Assembly: GCF_009914755.1 (NCBI RefSeq)
Contig: NC_060926.1
Length of the DNA: 64,000 nucleotides
Strand: one strand, 5' to 3'
From: the human T2T-CHM13v2.0 reference genome, Homo sapiens
Shown piece by piece: positions 40,443 through 52,374 of the stretch (its first letter is position 1; each line of letters opens with the position of its first letter). The position numbers and the translations under genes were made by a program. The notes beneath the pieces are model-generated. The model did not search any database. It worked only from the letters and a program-made list of their open reading frames with translations, and had not been told where the DNA came from.

Positions 40443-43389
40443 ACACAAAGATCATTTCCACAGTTACATGGGCCTGACTAGCTGATGCAACAAAGAGCCT
40501 CTAAAAAACTCAGACCTACTTAAGGGAAAGAAACCTTGATTTTGTTTCACACAGTGAGTAAAAGAAAACAAAAAGTAATTACTCCCTCCATGTGAAATGA
40601 GTAAGAGTCAGAGTAAGCCGGGTCCCCTTCCTTTTTAACCCCCTTCCCTTGAGATGTACAGGCAATATTTACCATTTGTGTATTTATGACCATGGAGATT
40701 TCCTACACTTTAATTTCCTGGGTATCAATGGCTCTAAGGAGTTTTTGGCATTCTCTTACCCAAAAGGATCTTGAAACTTGTTTGTATTTATAACACAATA
40801 TCTACCCCATCAATGTGTGCTGGATTTACACTATTTATACCACCTTTTTTTCACCTAGGCTTCCGGGCCAGCTTAATTTGCTCAATGCATCTCACACTCT
40901 CATTTTTCTTCTTGATCCCCTTACTTATAGTCAATATCATATCATTCAGGTGTTGCTTTATAATTGTCTTATGTGTACGTCATAGATTATTAGGTGTGTT
41001 ATTTTGGATAAGTCACATAATTATTCTCAGCTTCTGTTTCCCTCTGTGGAAAGTGAGAGTAATAGTAATGACTTTGATGGGTTCTTAAGGAGACACCTCT
41101 CTCTTCTTCATGTTCCATCCCTACCTTAGTCTCCAGATAAATGAAATTCAAACTTTTTTCCCCTTCTGCCAAAGTACTGTGGAAGTATCTTATCCACAAC
41201 TCTCCACCTACTTGCTGTTATCACCAAGAGAGGAGTACCCTATTTTACAGATGAAAATTTTACTTTCCTTGTGTTGCTTCACCCTTGGATAGAATTACTC
41301 TGCTGAAAATGACTGCTCACACATGCCATCTTCTTCCAGACCAGATTGCTCAGGTGAAGTGGGTGTTCTGCCTCCACTCCTTACTGCCAAGTCTCAAGCA
41401 TACCAGGATAAGGCTACCGCATAAGGAAGGGAGTGGAGCTATGTTGACTGTGCACATTCGTAAGTGTTTGTGGAGCATGCCTGCTCCACTGGCAGCTGGC
41501 TGAGAAAGTCAGTTTACTCTGCAGACCCAGCACTTGCCCCCAACTTTACGTTAGGGAGCAAAAATGAGATCTTCACTTTGTCCTCTCCCTATTCCTTCTA
41601 TCCAGCTATAGCGGAGGCCATATTATTTAGGATTGTCTCGGTCCAGCAATAAAATCAATGCTTGGATTTCACTTGATCCCCTTGTGCCTATTTTCCTGTT
41701 GGTCAGGACCACAAAGAGTGGAAAGCAGCTTGTTTATGCAGTTAACACTCATGCTCCATCATACCCAGCCAAACTTCAACAAGTTATTATGGCAGTTAAA
41801 TAAGATATCATATGTAAGAACATTTAGCATAGCCTATGCTATGTAATAGGCATTTATTACTTTGTGGGCATTTTTCCATCTTGGACAGAATTTCTGTTTG
41901 TTTCCTTTTTATGTTGTATTTTATGCCTGTAAAGTACAAAGTGGCATATTGGACCTATGGAGAGTTCAATGAATTTTGCTTGTTTGTTTGTTGTTACTAG
42001 TTAAATTGACAGTGGCTTTTAGATGCTTAGGAGACTCAATACTCTTGTCTTCCTTATGAATATAAGACGATCTTTATATTAGCAAGCTTTTTCTTTTCTT
42101 TGAGTTTTACATCAAAGGTGATGTAAACTCAATGACATAGATTTACCTTTATAATTCCTTTAATTGAAAACACTTTACAAACATGTTGCTTAATTTAATA
42201 TATTTCTGCCATCTAGAATATGATAGGTTTCAATCTCGATCAATACTTTCCATATTATATACATGTTTATACATGATATACATATAAATTCATATAACTT
42301 TTCCTTCACCAGCATTTTAAAGAATGTGTAAGTGTGTACTAGACAAGATTCCTTTACATTAGCTCTGCTTTTAAATTGTGAACACATTTCATTAGTAACT
42401 CGTATATTTTTTTAACTTTCTCAAGTCTTCTTCTTTTTATTTAAGTTCCAGTTTCATTTGTTCCTATTTCTTCCTTGGGAACATCTGAATTTTCAGGTTA
42501 GATTTTTATTTTCTGCCATTATCCATAAGTATTCTATGTTTGGTCTTATTGTATTCACCATTTCATTCTTTCCTCTGAGATTTTTGCTCCAAAATAGACA
42601 AAACAGGTTTCACAAGTTGAGAAACTCAAGCTAAGAGATTAAATTATTGGCCTGATGCATTTAAACTCAAATTTTTATTTTAGATTTTAACTTCAGTGCT
42701 TTTTCCACCAGACTGAGTGATCTTATTCATATAATTACTTGATTTCCTTAAGGCCCACCTGAATTTATTATTAGATTTGGGATGTGTTATAATATCATTA
42801 TTAATTATAGCTCAGCATTATTTTTTAAATAATATATTACATTTAGTTAGTTGACAAGTTTATAAAGTTAGAGAATCCGAATTATGAATTTTAGATTAAA
42901 GATAATTATATCCATTCAGACACAGATGTGCCTCTTGTTCAGAAAAAGCTTTAAAACATTTGGATTTAACTTGGCCCTGTGTGCATTTTTATGACGAATT
43001 CACATTTCAAATGATATGGTGTTTTTTTGTTCCATGCATAACCAACCTTCTATTGGTATCAATTACTAGCACTTGGATAGAATTTTAAGATGAATAAATT
43101 TCTTCTCACATTTCTCATGGAAATCTCCCAAACTATTTCTTCAGATGACAAAACTGAAGCTCAGATAAATTAATACTTGCCCATAATTAGAATGTAAGTA
43201 GCTTAGTGGAAGCTTGAACCCAGGTCCTTTTTTCTACAAATTATCTTTACTGTTTTTTTCTACTTAATTTTAATTTTTGCCTAATCTGAATGAATTTGAA
43301 ATTTGTGCATAGGAGGCTTATTTCTTCTTTGCAAAGAGTTTTATTTTTTTCTTTTTAATCACAGCAAATGTGGGTGTCTGATCTTAAGT

Positions 43390-43523
43390 CACACACTTAC
43401 ACATAATATATACAGTATATAAATAGATACGTATGTGCTGTCTGCATATATATGTAAATATATACACATATATACACACACATATATACACATGTTTATA
43501 TATATATATATATATATATATAT
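43390..43523. repeat. (TA)n/(CA)n compound microsatellite
   Basis: Seen directly. Confidence 0.9.
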
Positions 43524-44564
43524 CTGCATCTTAATATCTATCTCATTGAAGAGGTTATTTTTGTATCTTTCTCTCTCTCTGTTTTTCAAAACTCCATCTC
43601 CAAATGCTCTACCCTAAATCAATTAATGAGGACACGAGACACAATGTTGTTTCCTGATTGCCCCTGCCACGTGGAACCCAGAACTTAAGAATTTGACCAG
43701 AAACTCTACAAACCCAGAGAGCCTATTCTAATTAGCTCCTTCTCCCCTTGTCCAGATATTTAGAATGGGTCCTAGTTTGGGTGGATGTATATGCATATGC
43801 TATAGGAGTTCCTGAATTTCTTTAGCTCTCCCTGGAAGATAGCCGTGAGCTTTCTGGTAGGTGAATGAAATAGCCCAAGGCTTACTTTGTTCAGCATGTT
43901 ATATAAGGTGAGTTAATTTCTTAAGTGAACCATAGGTTTTATGTATTTTAGTTTTGTCCAGTAGAGGGACCAGGGAGGCAACGTTTAAAGTTTTCTGGTC
44001 TACACACCTGTAATTATATACGGGTGACTTAAAAAAAGCTTTCAAGTCTTGTTAAATGCAATTGGACTTAGGAACTGAATCTATTTGAAATTATTGCCCT
44101 TACAAATACCTGAATAAAAATGTTGCTAAAAGTACAGAATGTTGTGTGATGCTTTCTCCATTTTTAGGTGAAACTCATTGACATCCAGTGGATGCCAAAT
44201 GCTAATTAGTAAGTAGAAACACAATCTTGATTTTTACATAGATTTTTACTGAAAAATATGTGAACTTTCACAGATACACAACTAAAGATACAGCTTTCAC
44301 GGAGACACAACTAAAATTGTTTGTGTCAAACCATTAGCAGTCAATTTATACTTAATTTGTCGATCTGCATTCCATAAGATGCCTATTGATTTATAATTTC
44401 TCCTGAAATCATGAATTCCCTAGCTAGGTTGTAAGAATTCATTGGTCCTGACACCAGTTATTCGTTTTCTTCTTTTGTAGTCTCGGGCTTATTAGAAGAA
44501 TATATCTTGAAAAGTAAAATGTGTGTTGCAAAATCCACAAATCTTTTTCTCACTGGGGTCATTT

Positions 44565-44770
44565 GTTTATTCAACAAAAAGTATTTGGGCAAATCCTATG
44601 TGCCAGGGGCTGCACAGAGTCCTGGTGATTCAGTGGTAAATGACTAAGATATGGTTCCTTCATTACTCATGGAATTTCTGGTTAAGCAAAGAAGACTGAC
44701 ACGAAGAAAGTGAAGACCAGCAAAATAAGAATTCAAAAGGTGTAGAGTGCTATGGGGATATAGCGTACGT
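44565..44770 (-). mobile_element. L2 fragment
   Basis: 'TTTATTCAACAAAAAGTATTTGGGCAAATCCTATGTGCCAGG' is an antisense L2 3' end. Confidence 0.65.
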
Positions 44771-45039
44771 ACAGAAGCTGAGGCCGGCAGGCTGAAAGGG
44801 ACTTAACTTTCACACTGTTTGGGAGAAAGCAAGGGTGGAGAGAGATACAGGCGGCGGAAAATTAGGAAATGAGAGGCAGGCAGAGAGAGAATGAGCGAAG
44901 TGAGGAAAAGACAGAATGGTATAGGCAAAGAAATCATAGGCAGATCAAGAAAGACACTCAGTGGCCAAAAACTAAATGAGGCATGAACAAAACAAAGATG
45001 AGGTGATGAGAAATAGGAGGTAGTGAGTTGGGGAGGGTA

Positions 45040-45880
45040 CAGTAAATCCTTTGTTTTTGTCTTCCAAGAATCTCTTTGGACTCCTCTGTGTGACAGAACT
45101 CTGATTTGTCTTCAGAAAACCAATACTCTCCTAGTCTTAGCCCACATGGTTTCAGGTGTTGATCTCGTGCCCTAGATCTGTCAGTCTGGAGTTGGACATG
45201 CATTCCCAGCCTGTCAGACTTACAGCTTAGATGTGCTTATGAAACCCCAAACATGGGGTTTCAGATAGATAAGAGATATAATCTTGCCCTGGGGTGTTAA
45301 GCTGATACAGCACGTGCTTAGAGTTGCTCTTGATATTTACCTAGGGGCTCTCTTGATATTACCTAGGGGCTCTCTTGATATTACCTAGGGGCTCTCTTGA
45401 TATTACCTAGGGGCTCTCTTGATATTACCTAGGGGCTCTCTTGGTATTACCTAGGGGCTCTCTTGGTATTACCTAGGGGCTCTCTTGGTATTACCTAGGG
45501 GCTCTCTTGGTATTACCTAGGGGCTCTCTTGATATTACCTAGGGGCTCTCTTGATATTACCTAGGGGCTCTCTTGGTATTACCTAGGGGCTCTCTTGGTA
45601 TTACCTAGGGGCTCTCTTGATATTACCTAGGGGCTCTCTTGGTATTACCTAGGGGCTCTCTTGATATTACCTAGGGGCCACTCTTGGTATTACCTAGGGG
45701 CACTTGCTGTAGAATAAATGAAACCTAGAGGAGAGTAATGTTGATTTAAGACAAGAATTATGAGATACATTGTTTGAGCACCTGGATGAAACCATATTTT
45801 ATCTATTCATGGATATCTCCTTTTGGCTAGCTGTGAGTTGGATTTTCTGACATTATAATACCAAGGGTCCTGATTATACA
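45040..45880 (+). mobile_element. Old MLT1 (K/J-like) LTR hosting a VNTR
   Basis: 'GACAGAACTCTGATTTG' near the start and an MLT1-type end, 'GAGTTGGATTTTCTGAC...CCAAGGGTCCTGATTATACA'. Confidence 0.55.
45327..45700. repeat. 22-bp minisatellite (CTCTCTTG[A/G]TATTACCTAGGGG) x17
   Basis: 15 perfect internal units differing only at one A/G position, plus two variant end units. Confidence 0.98.
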
Positions 45881-46079
45881 AAGTTTGGGGCAGTTGAAGC
45901 TATTGGATTGAAGCTATTGGAGACAAGAGACGAGAAAGAAGCCCCATGCAATTAGAATTGTTTCATCTGTCAAGGTGTCAAGTTTCTGGAGGCAAATGCT
46001 TCCACTGGTCAATTTCCAAGCCTGGGTCAGTTCTGCCTCAACTTCAGCCTGCTGACGACATTAAGTATGTTGAAGAGCA

Positions 46080-48269
46080 CTTTAAGCAATCTCCACACTG
46101 TTTTCCATAGTGGTGGTCCTAGTTTACATTTCCACCAGCAGGGTAAAACTGCTATCTTTTCTTCGCATCCCCGCCAACATCTATTAGTTTTTTTATTTTT
46201 TGATTATGGCCATTCTTGCAGGAGTAAGGTGGTATTGCATTGTGGTTTTGATTTGCATTTCCCTGATCATTAGCTATGCTGAGCATTTTTTCACGTTTGT
46301 GGCCATTTGTATATCTTCTTTTGAGAATCATCTACTCGTGTCCTTAGCCCATTTTGTGATAGGATTGTTTGTTTTTTCTCATTAATTTGTTTGAGTTCCT
46401 TGTAGATTCTGGATATTAGTTATTTTTCAGATGTTTAGATTGTGAAGATTTTCTCCCACTCTGTAGGTTGTCTGTTTACTCTGCTGATTCTTTCTTTTGC
46501 TGTGCAGAAACTTTTTAGTTTAAGTCCCACCTATTTATTATCATTTTTGTTGCATTTGCTTTTGGGTTCTTGGTCACAAGCTCTTTGCCTAAGCCAATAT
46601 CCAGAAGGGTCTTTCTGACATTATCTTCTAGAAATTTTATGACTTTAGGTCTTAGATTTAAGTCCTTTATCCATCTTGAGTTGATTTTTATATAAGGTGA
46701 GAGATGAGGACTTAGTTTCATTTTACTACATGTGGCCTGCCAATTATCCCAGCACCATTTGTTGAATAGGGTGTCCTTTCCACACTTTATGTTTTTGTTT
46801 GCTTTGTCAAAGATCAGTTGGCTGTAAGTATCTGGCTTTATTTCTGCATTCTCTGTTCTGTTACATTGGTCTATGTGCCTTTTTTTTTTTTTTTTTTTTT
46901 ACCAGAACCATGCTGTTTTGATGACTATGACCTTATAGTATAGTTTGAAGTCAGGTAATGTGATGCCTTCAGATTTGTTCTTTTTGCTTAGTCTTGTTTT
47001 GGCTTGGTTCCATATGAATTTTAGGATTATCTTTTCTAGTTCTGTGAAGAATGATGGTGGCATTTTGATAGGAATTGCATTAAATTTGCAGATTGCTTTT
47101 GACAGTATGGTCATTTTCACAATATTGATTATACCCATCCACGAGCATGAGGTGTGTTTTCATTTGTTTGTGTCGTCTATGATTTCTTTCAGCAAGTGTT
47201 TTGTAGTTATAGAGGTCTTTCACCTTCTTGTTAGGTATATTCCTAGGTTTTTCTTTTTTTTTCTTTTTGCAGCTATTGTGAAGGGGGTTGAGTTCTTGAT
47301 GTGATTCTCAGCTTGGTTGCTTTTGGTGTATAACAGAGCTACTGATTGGTGTACATTAATTTTGTATCCTGAAACTTTGCTGAATTCATTTATCAGTTCT
47401 AGGGGCTTTTTGGAGGCATTTTTAGGGTTTTTTGGGTATACAATCATATCATCAGCAAAGAGTGAGGGTTTGACTTCCCCTTCACTGATTTGGATGTCTT
47501 TTATTTCTTTCTATTGTCTGATTGCTCTGGCTAGGACTTCCAGTATTATGTTGAATAAAAGTGGGGAGGGTGGGTATCCTTGTCTTGTTCCAGTTCTCAG
47601 AGGGCATGCTTTCAACTTTTCCCCTTTCAGTGTTATGTTGACTGTGGGTTTGTCATATATGACTTGTATTACATTAAAGTATGTCCCTTCTATGCTGATT
47701 TTGCTGAGGGTTTTAGTCATAAAGAGATGCTGGATTTTGTCAAATGATTTTTCTGCGTCTATTGAGATGATCATGTGATTTTTGTTTTTAATTCTGTTTA
47801 TGTAGTGTATCACATTTATTGACCTGCAAATGTTAAACCATCCCTGCATCACTGGTATGAAACCCACTTGGCCATGGTGGATTATCTTTTTGCTATGCTG
47901 TTGGATTTGTTTAGCTAGTATTTTGTTAAGCATTTTTGCGTCTATATTAATTAGGGATATTGGTCTGTAGTTTTGTTGTTGTTGTTGTTGTTGTTAACGT
48001 TCTTTCATGGTTTTGGTATTAGGGTGATACTGGCTTCATAGAATGACTTAGAGAGGATTCCCTCTTTCTCTATCTTGCAGAATAGTGTCACTAGGGTTGG
48101 TATCAATTCTTCTTTGAATGTCTGATAGAATTCAGTTGTGAATCTATCTGGTCCTGGACTTTGTTTTGTTTGTAATTTTTTAAATCTCTATTTCAATCTT
48201 GCTATTTGTTATTGGTCTTTTCAGGGTTTCTAATTCTTCCTGATTTAACCTAGGAGGTTGTATATTTCC
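46080..48269 (-). mobile_element. Inverted 5' segment (ORF2) of an L1PB1-like twin-primed insertion
   Basis: Antisense ORF2 with decayed RT peptides (ORFs 47511-47933 '[15 protein letters not shown]', 47220-47447, 46899-47138). Starts immediately after the left TSD. Confidence 0.9.
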
Positions 48270-48814
48270 TGATCCAGCAATCCCACTACTGGGTATCTAC
48301 CCAGAGGAAAAGAAGTCAGTATGCAAAAAAGATATTTGCACACTCATGTTTATAGCAGCATAATTCACAATTGCAAAAATATGGAACCAGCCCAAATGCC
48401 CATTAATCAAAATGTGAATAAAGAAATTGTCATGTATATACCATAGAATACTATTCAGCCACAAAAAGGAAAGAAATAATGGCATTCACAGCAACCTGGA
48501 TGGAACTGGAGACTATTATGCTAAATGAAGTAACTCAAGAATGGAAAACCAAACATCATGTGTTCTTACTCATAAGTGGGAGCAAAGCGATGAGGATGCA
48601 AAAGCATAAGAATGATACGATGGACTTTGAAGACTTCGGAGGGAAGGGGGGGTGAAGGATAAATGATACAAATTGGGTACAATGTGTGCCTGGGTGATGG
48701 GTGAACCAAAATCTTACAAATCACCACTAAAGAACTTATTCATGTATCCAAACACCACCTGTTCCCCAAATACCTATGGAAATAAAAAAATTAAATTAAA
48801 TTATTTTTTTAAAA
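48270..48814 (+). mobile_element. Sense 3' segment of the same L1PB1-like insertion
   Basis: Runs from 'TGATCCAGCAATCCCACTACTGGG' to the L1PB1-type end 'CACCACCTGTTCCCCAAATACCTATGGAAATAAAAAA'. Confidence 0.9.
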
Positions 48815-48925
48815 GAGAAGAAGTCATCTGGAAGATTTAATTTTAAATGATTTTGAGACTGTAGTGGATACTCAGTGAATGCTTATTGAATTAAAGGCTA
48901 AATTGAAAACTATTTAAAAAAATAA
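48815..48925 (+). other. Putative L1 3'-transduced flank with a second polyA signal and tail
   Basis: Non-L1 sequence between the L1 tail and the right TSD (48926-48942). ATTAAA at 48890-48895, and an A-run starting 20 nt later (48916-48925). Confidence 0.7.
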
Positions 48926-49454
48926 AAGTATGTTGAAGAGCAAAGATGTGCTCTAGGTAAGGGGGCCTGTGGGAGGCACTGCCTTGATCCTAAGTCCAAA
49001 CTTAGAGAACCTGGCTTAAAGCTAAGGCCTTTAGCAACAATAGAGTTGGTAAGGCAGGGAATTTATTTCAGTTTATGGCAATTATCTGTGGGAATCTGAG
49101 ACGTAATGTCCAGAAGCAATGAGCATTCGATGGCACCAATGTTGGCAAATAAGCAAGGTATATAACTGAGAAATTCACGGGGTTTCACTAATGATTTACT
49201 TGGTGCCTACTATGACCCAATTTCTAGGCCAGACTTTTTTTAGGGTTTTGAGGGAATTAGAAAGCACTGTGTCTCCCACTGAAGGACTTGTAGAGGAACT
49301 CTTAACAGGTATAACAATTAGAGATCAGTACATGGCAACATTTCTTCAATTTTTTTCTTCTTTTTTGCTTGCGAGGAAATCTACAAGCCACCACCAGTAA
49401 AAGAGAAATTCACAGAAGAGATGTGGATAAGAATCATAATAAAAATATCAAGAC

Positions 49455-49680
49455 ATCAGCACTAATGATTTTTAGTGCTTAATATGAGCCACACACTGTG
49501 CTAAGCATTTTAATTTACATTCTCATATAATCCTAATAAGCACATTATGATATACATATTCTATTAATATCACCATTCTATAGATGAGAAAACTGAGCCC
49601 TATAATTACTAAGTAACTTGTCTAAGTTTATACAGGTAAGGAACAGTGGAGCTGGGAAGCAAACTTAGTTTGTCTGATGG
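49455..49680 (-). mobile_element. MIR
   Basis: 'CACCATTCTATAGATGAGAAAACTGAGCCC...AAGTAACTTGTCTAAG'. Confidence 0.75.
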
Positions 49681-51476
49681 CAAAGATTCATCCAAGGGCT
49701 GGATGGGTAGCCAAGATCTTCAGAGACTGAAATAGGCACTGGAAAACCAGTAACTGAGAGTCGTTCCCCATCTCTCTCACTTCAACTTCACTTCTCAGAT
49801 TGCGTCTCTCTTACTGATTTTTGTATCTAATTTTTGTCTTCAAAATGTTTTCAATCTCTCTTTTATCCCACAATTTATCTTGTTCTTAGCCATATATGGT
49901 TGAGTCAACATCAAATCTATGCATTTTTTGTTTAAAACCGCTACCACTGATTTAGCTCAATGATAGCCTCCCAGGCTAACTTCCTGGAAAAGAAATATAA
50001 CTGGGATTTTGTGATTACTTATGTTTCCACTTATATGGACTGTGAGCAGGGATAGTTCAAACAACGATTGCACAGGTATCCCAAACTAGCTACAACAATT
50101 TCCAAACTGTGTGATCCAAAGCATAGACTCAATAGAAAATTAGAGAAGGGATTGAGTTGTGAACACTTCCTAGGAATATTTAACCTGGACTAGTCTTTAG
50201 AAGCTGGGACAATCTGGTCTGGCAGATACAGTGTTGGAGCATTCAACACAGGGACAGTGGAGAGGAAACAAGAAGAGCAGGTTCACGAAATGTGGAAGAG
50301 AATGTTCTGCCCATACCCAAAGGTTTATGGAGGGAAGCACCAGAAAGTAAAATAGTGTACAATTTTTCTTCTTCCTCCAATGTCTTCTCTCCAATATATG
50401 CCTTCTTTTGACTTGTGAAAATCAGCTTTTTGATATTCTGGGCTTCACAGATTTCTTCCTTTCAAGGCAGCGTGATGTGACAGAAAGGACAAGTAGCAGG
50501 GGAGCTGGTTTCTGGTCACTGTCTCTCAGAACAGGAAAATACCTTAGACCCATCACTTCACATCCCTGTGGATCATTTTTTTGCATCTCTCAAACCCTTG
50601 CCTACCTTATGGGTCATTATAGGTTTAACTTGCATTTCTTGATCACTGAAGCAAAACCATCCCATTAAATTATTTAAACCATAAATCTCACAAATGTCTT
50701 TTACTTGTAGTCTTTTCTTCAAAGATGGTATTAAAGTGAATAAGCCTGATCACAAGTCTGGCTTGAATCATGAACAAGACTTCTAGCTATTTCATGTTCC
50801 CCATGTCCTTTCCAGATAGGACTGATGGAAATATAAAATTTCAGTTTAATCGGATTCAGATGTTAGTGATCAGATCAGAGTTGTCATATTCAGCAGTGGC
50901 CACCCACCCCCAACCATTTGTAAGGAGCTCTGCTCAATGTTTTATTGACTTTGTGAAATACTGTATCATATAAGTGCAATTAATTTTGTGAATTGATATA
51001 TTTTGAAATATAGAAAGCAATTTTTCTGAGGAAATTATTTTTATATCCCCATCTTCCATCTGATAATATATGTCTTACATTTATATTCTCAGGTGGGAAA
51101 TGACACAATAATACTAATTAGAATCTTGAAAAACATGCTTATTTTTTCTTTCAGTCTTAGAAATTTGAAATGTTTTATACATACGCAGTTTTACATGTCT
51201 AGCATTAGCTATATATAAGTACATATACATACACTAAGAAGTTGCAAAGAGAAAAAATTCAGTAAAATCTAGTATGACTTAGAATTCTCAAATACCTGAA
51301 ACTTTTTAATACATGCAATTTTTTTATTAAGAAAAAGGCAAATAACTAAAAAACAATATTTATTGGGAAACTTGTAAAGATAGACTAAAAACATTCTACT
51401 CTATGCCCTCTGGTCAGTACAAATTTTGTTTTATAGCCTTCATTTCTTCTTTTCTTCCAGGACCCTATAGAGAAGC

Positions 51477-51831
51477 TGTATTAGTCTGTTCTCACACTGC
51501 TATGAAGCACTGCCCGAGACTGGGTGATTTATAAAGAAAAGAGGTTTAATTGACTCACAGTTCCACATGGCTGGGGAGGCCTCAGGAAACTTACAATTGT
51601 GGCGGAAGAAGAGAAGAAGGCATGTCTTACATGGCAGCAGGTGAGAGAGAGAGAGAGTATGTAGGAAGGGAAGTGGGAAGAGACCCTTATAAAACTCACC
51701 CACTATCACCATAACAGCATGGGGTAAACTGCCCCCATGATCCAATCACCTGCCATTAGGTCTCTCCCTCAACATCTCAGGATTACAATTCAAGATGAGA
51801 TTTGGGTGGAGACACAAACCTAACCATATCA
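51477..51831 (-). mobile_element. THE1 (C/D-like) solo LTR
   Basis: TGTATTAGTCTGTTCTCACACTGCTATG...GATGAGATTTGGGTGGAGACACAAACCTAACCATATCA. Confidence 0.9.
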
Positions 51832-51875
51832 GAGGTCAAGGTTAAAAATGATTACCTCTAGCTGGTCAAGATTCC

Positions 51876-52374
51876 TTTGCCAGTTTCTTATTGCCACTGT
51901 AACAAATTATCACAGATTTAATGGCTTCAAACAACACAAATGTATTATCTTGCTATTCTAGAGGTCATAGTTCCATAACAGGCTTTGAAAAAAAATGTTT
52001 TGGCTGAGCTATGTTCTTTCTGGAAGCTGTAGGGAGAAATTCAGTTCCCTTCCTTTTCTGGCTTTGAGAGGCTAATGGTGTTCCTTGCTCAGGGCCCCTT
52101 TTCATCTTCAAACTCAGCATCACAGCATCTTCAAACATATTCTCTTTAACCTCTGCTTCCATTATCACACCTTCTCTCTTACTCTGATCCTCCTGTAAAG
52201 ACCCTTGCAATTAGATTGAGCCCATTGTGATAATCCATGTTAATCTCACAAATCTCAAGATCGTTAATTTAATCTCTTCTGCAAAGTCCCTTTTGCCATG
52301 TAAAGTAATATATTCCCAGGTTCTGGAAATTAGGATGTGCACATCATTGAGGAGGTAGTATTCTGCCCATCACA
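51876..52374 (-). mobile_element. MLT1C/D-type LTR
   Basis: 'ACTGTAACAAATTATCACAG...AACAACACAAATGTATTATC...GCAAAGTCCCTTTTGCCATGTAAAGTAA'. Confidence 0.8.

Noticed and set aside
40169-40477. 102-aa ORF with an internal peptide repeat
   Set aside because: A by-product of the 132-bp (multiple of 3) duplication in T-rich DNA. It has a non-ATG start, and the frame diverges at the indel in copy 2.
45327-45700. CRISPR-like or digitally encoded array
   Set aside because: Units are directly adjacent with no unique spacers, the context is eukaryotic, and no cas genes are present. It is an ordinary minisatellite with one variant position.
46899-47933. Reverse-transcriptase-like ORFs
   Set aside because: Fragments of decayed L1 ORF2 broken by stops and frameshifts; not an active or novel RT system.
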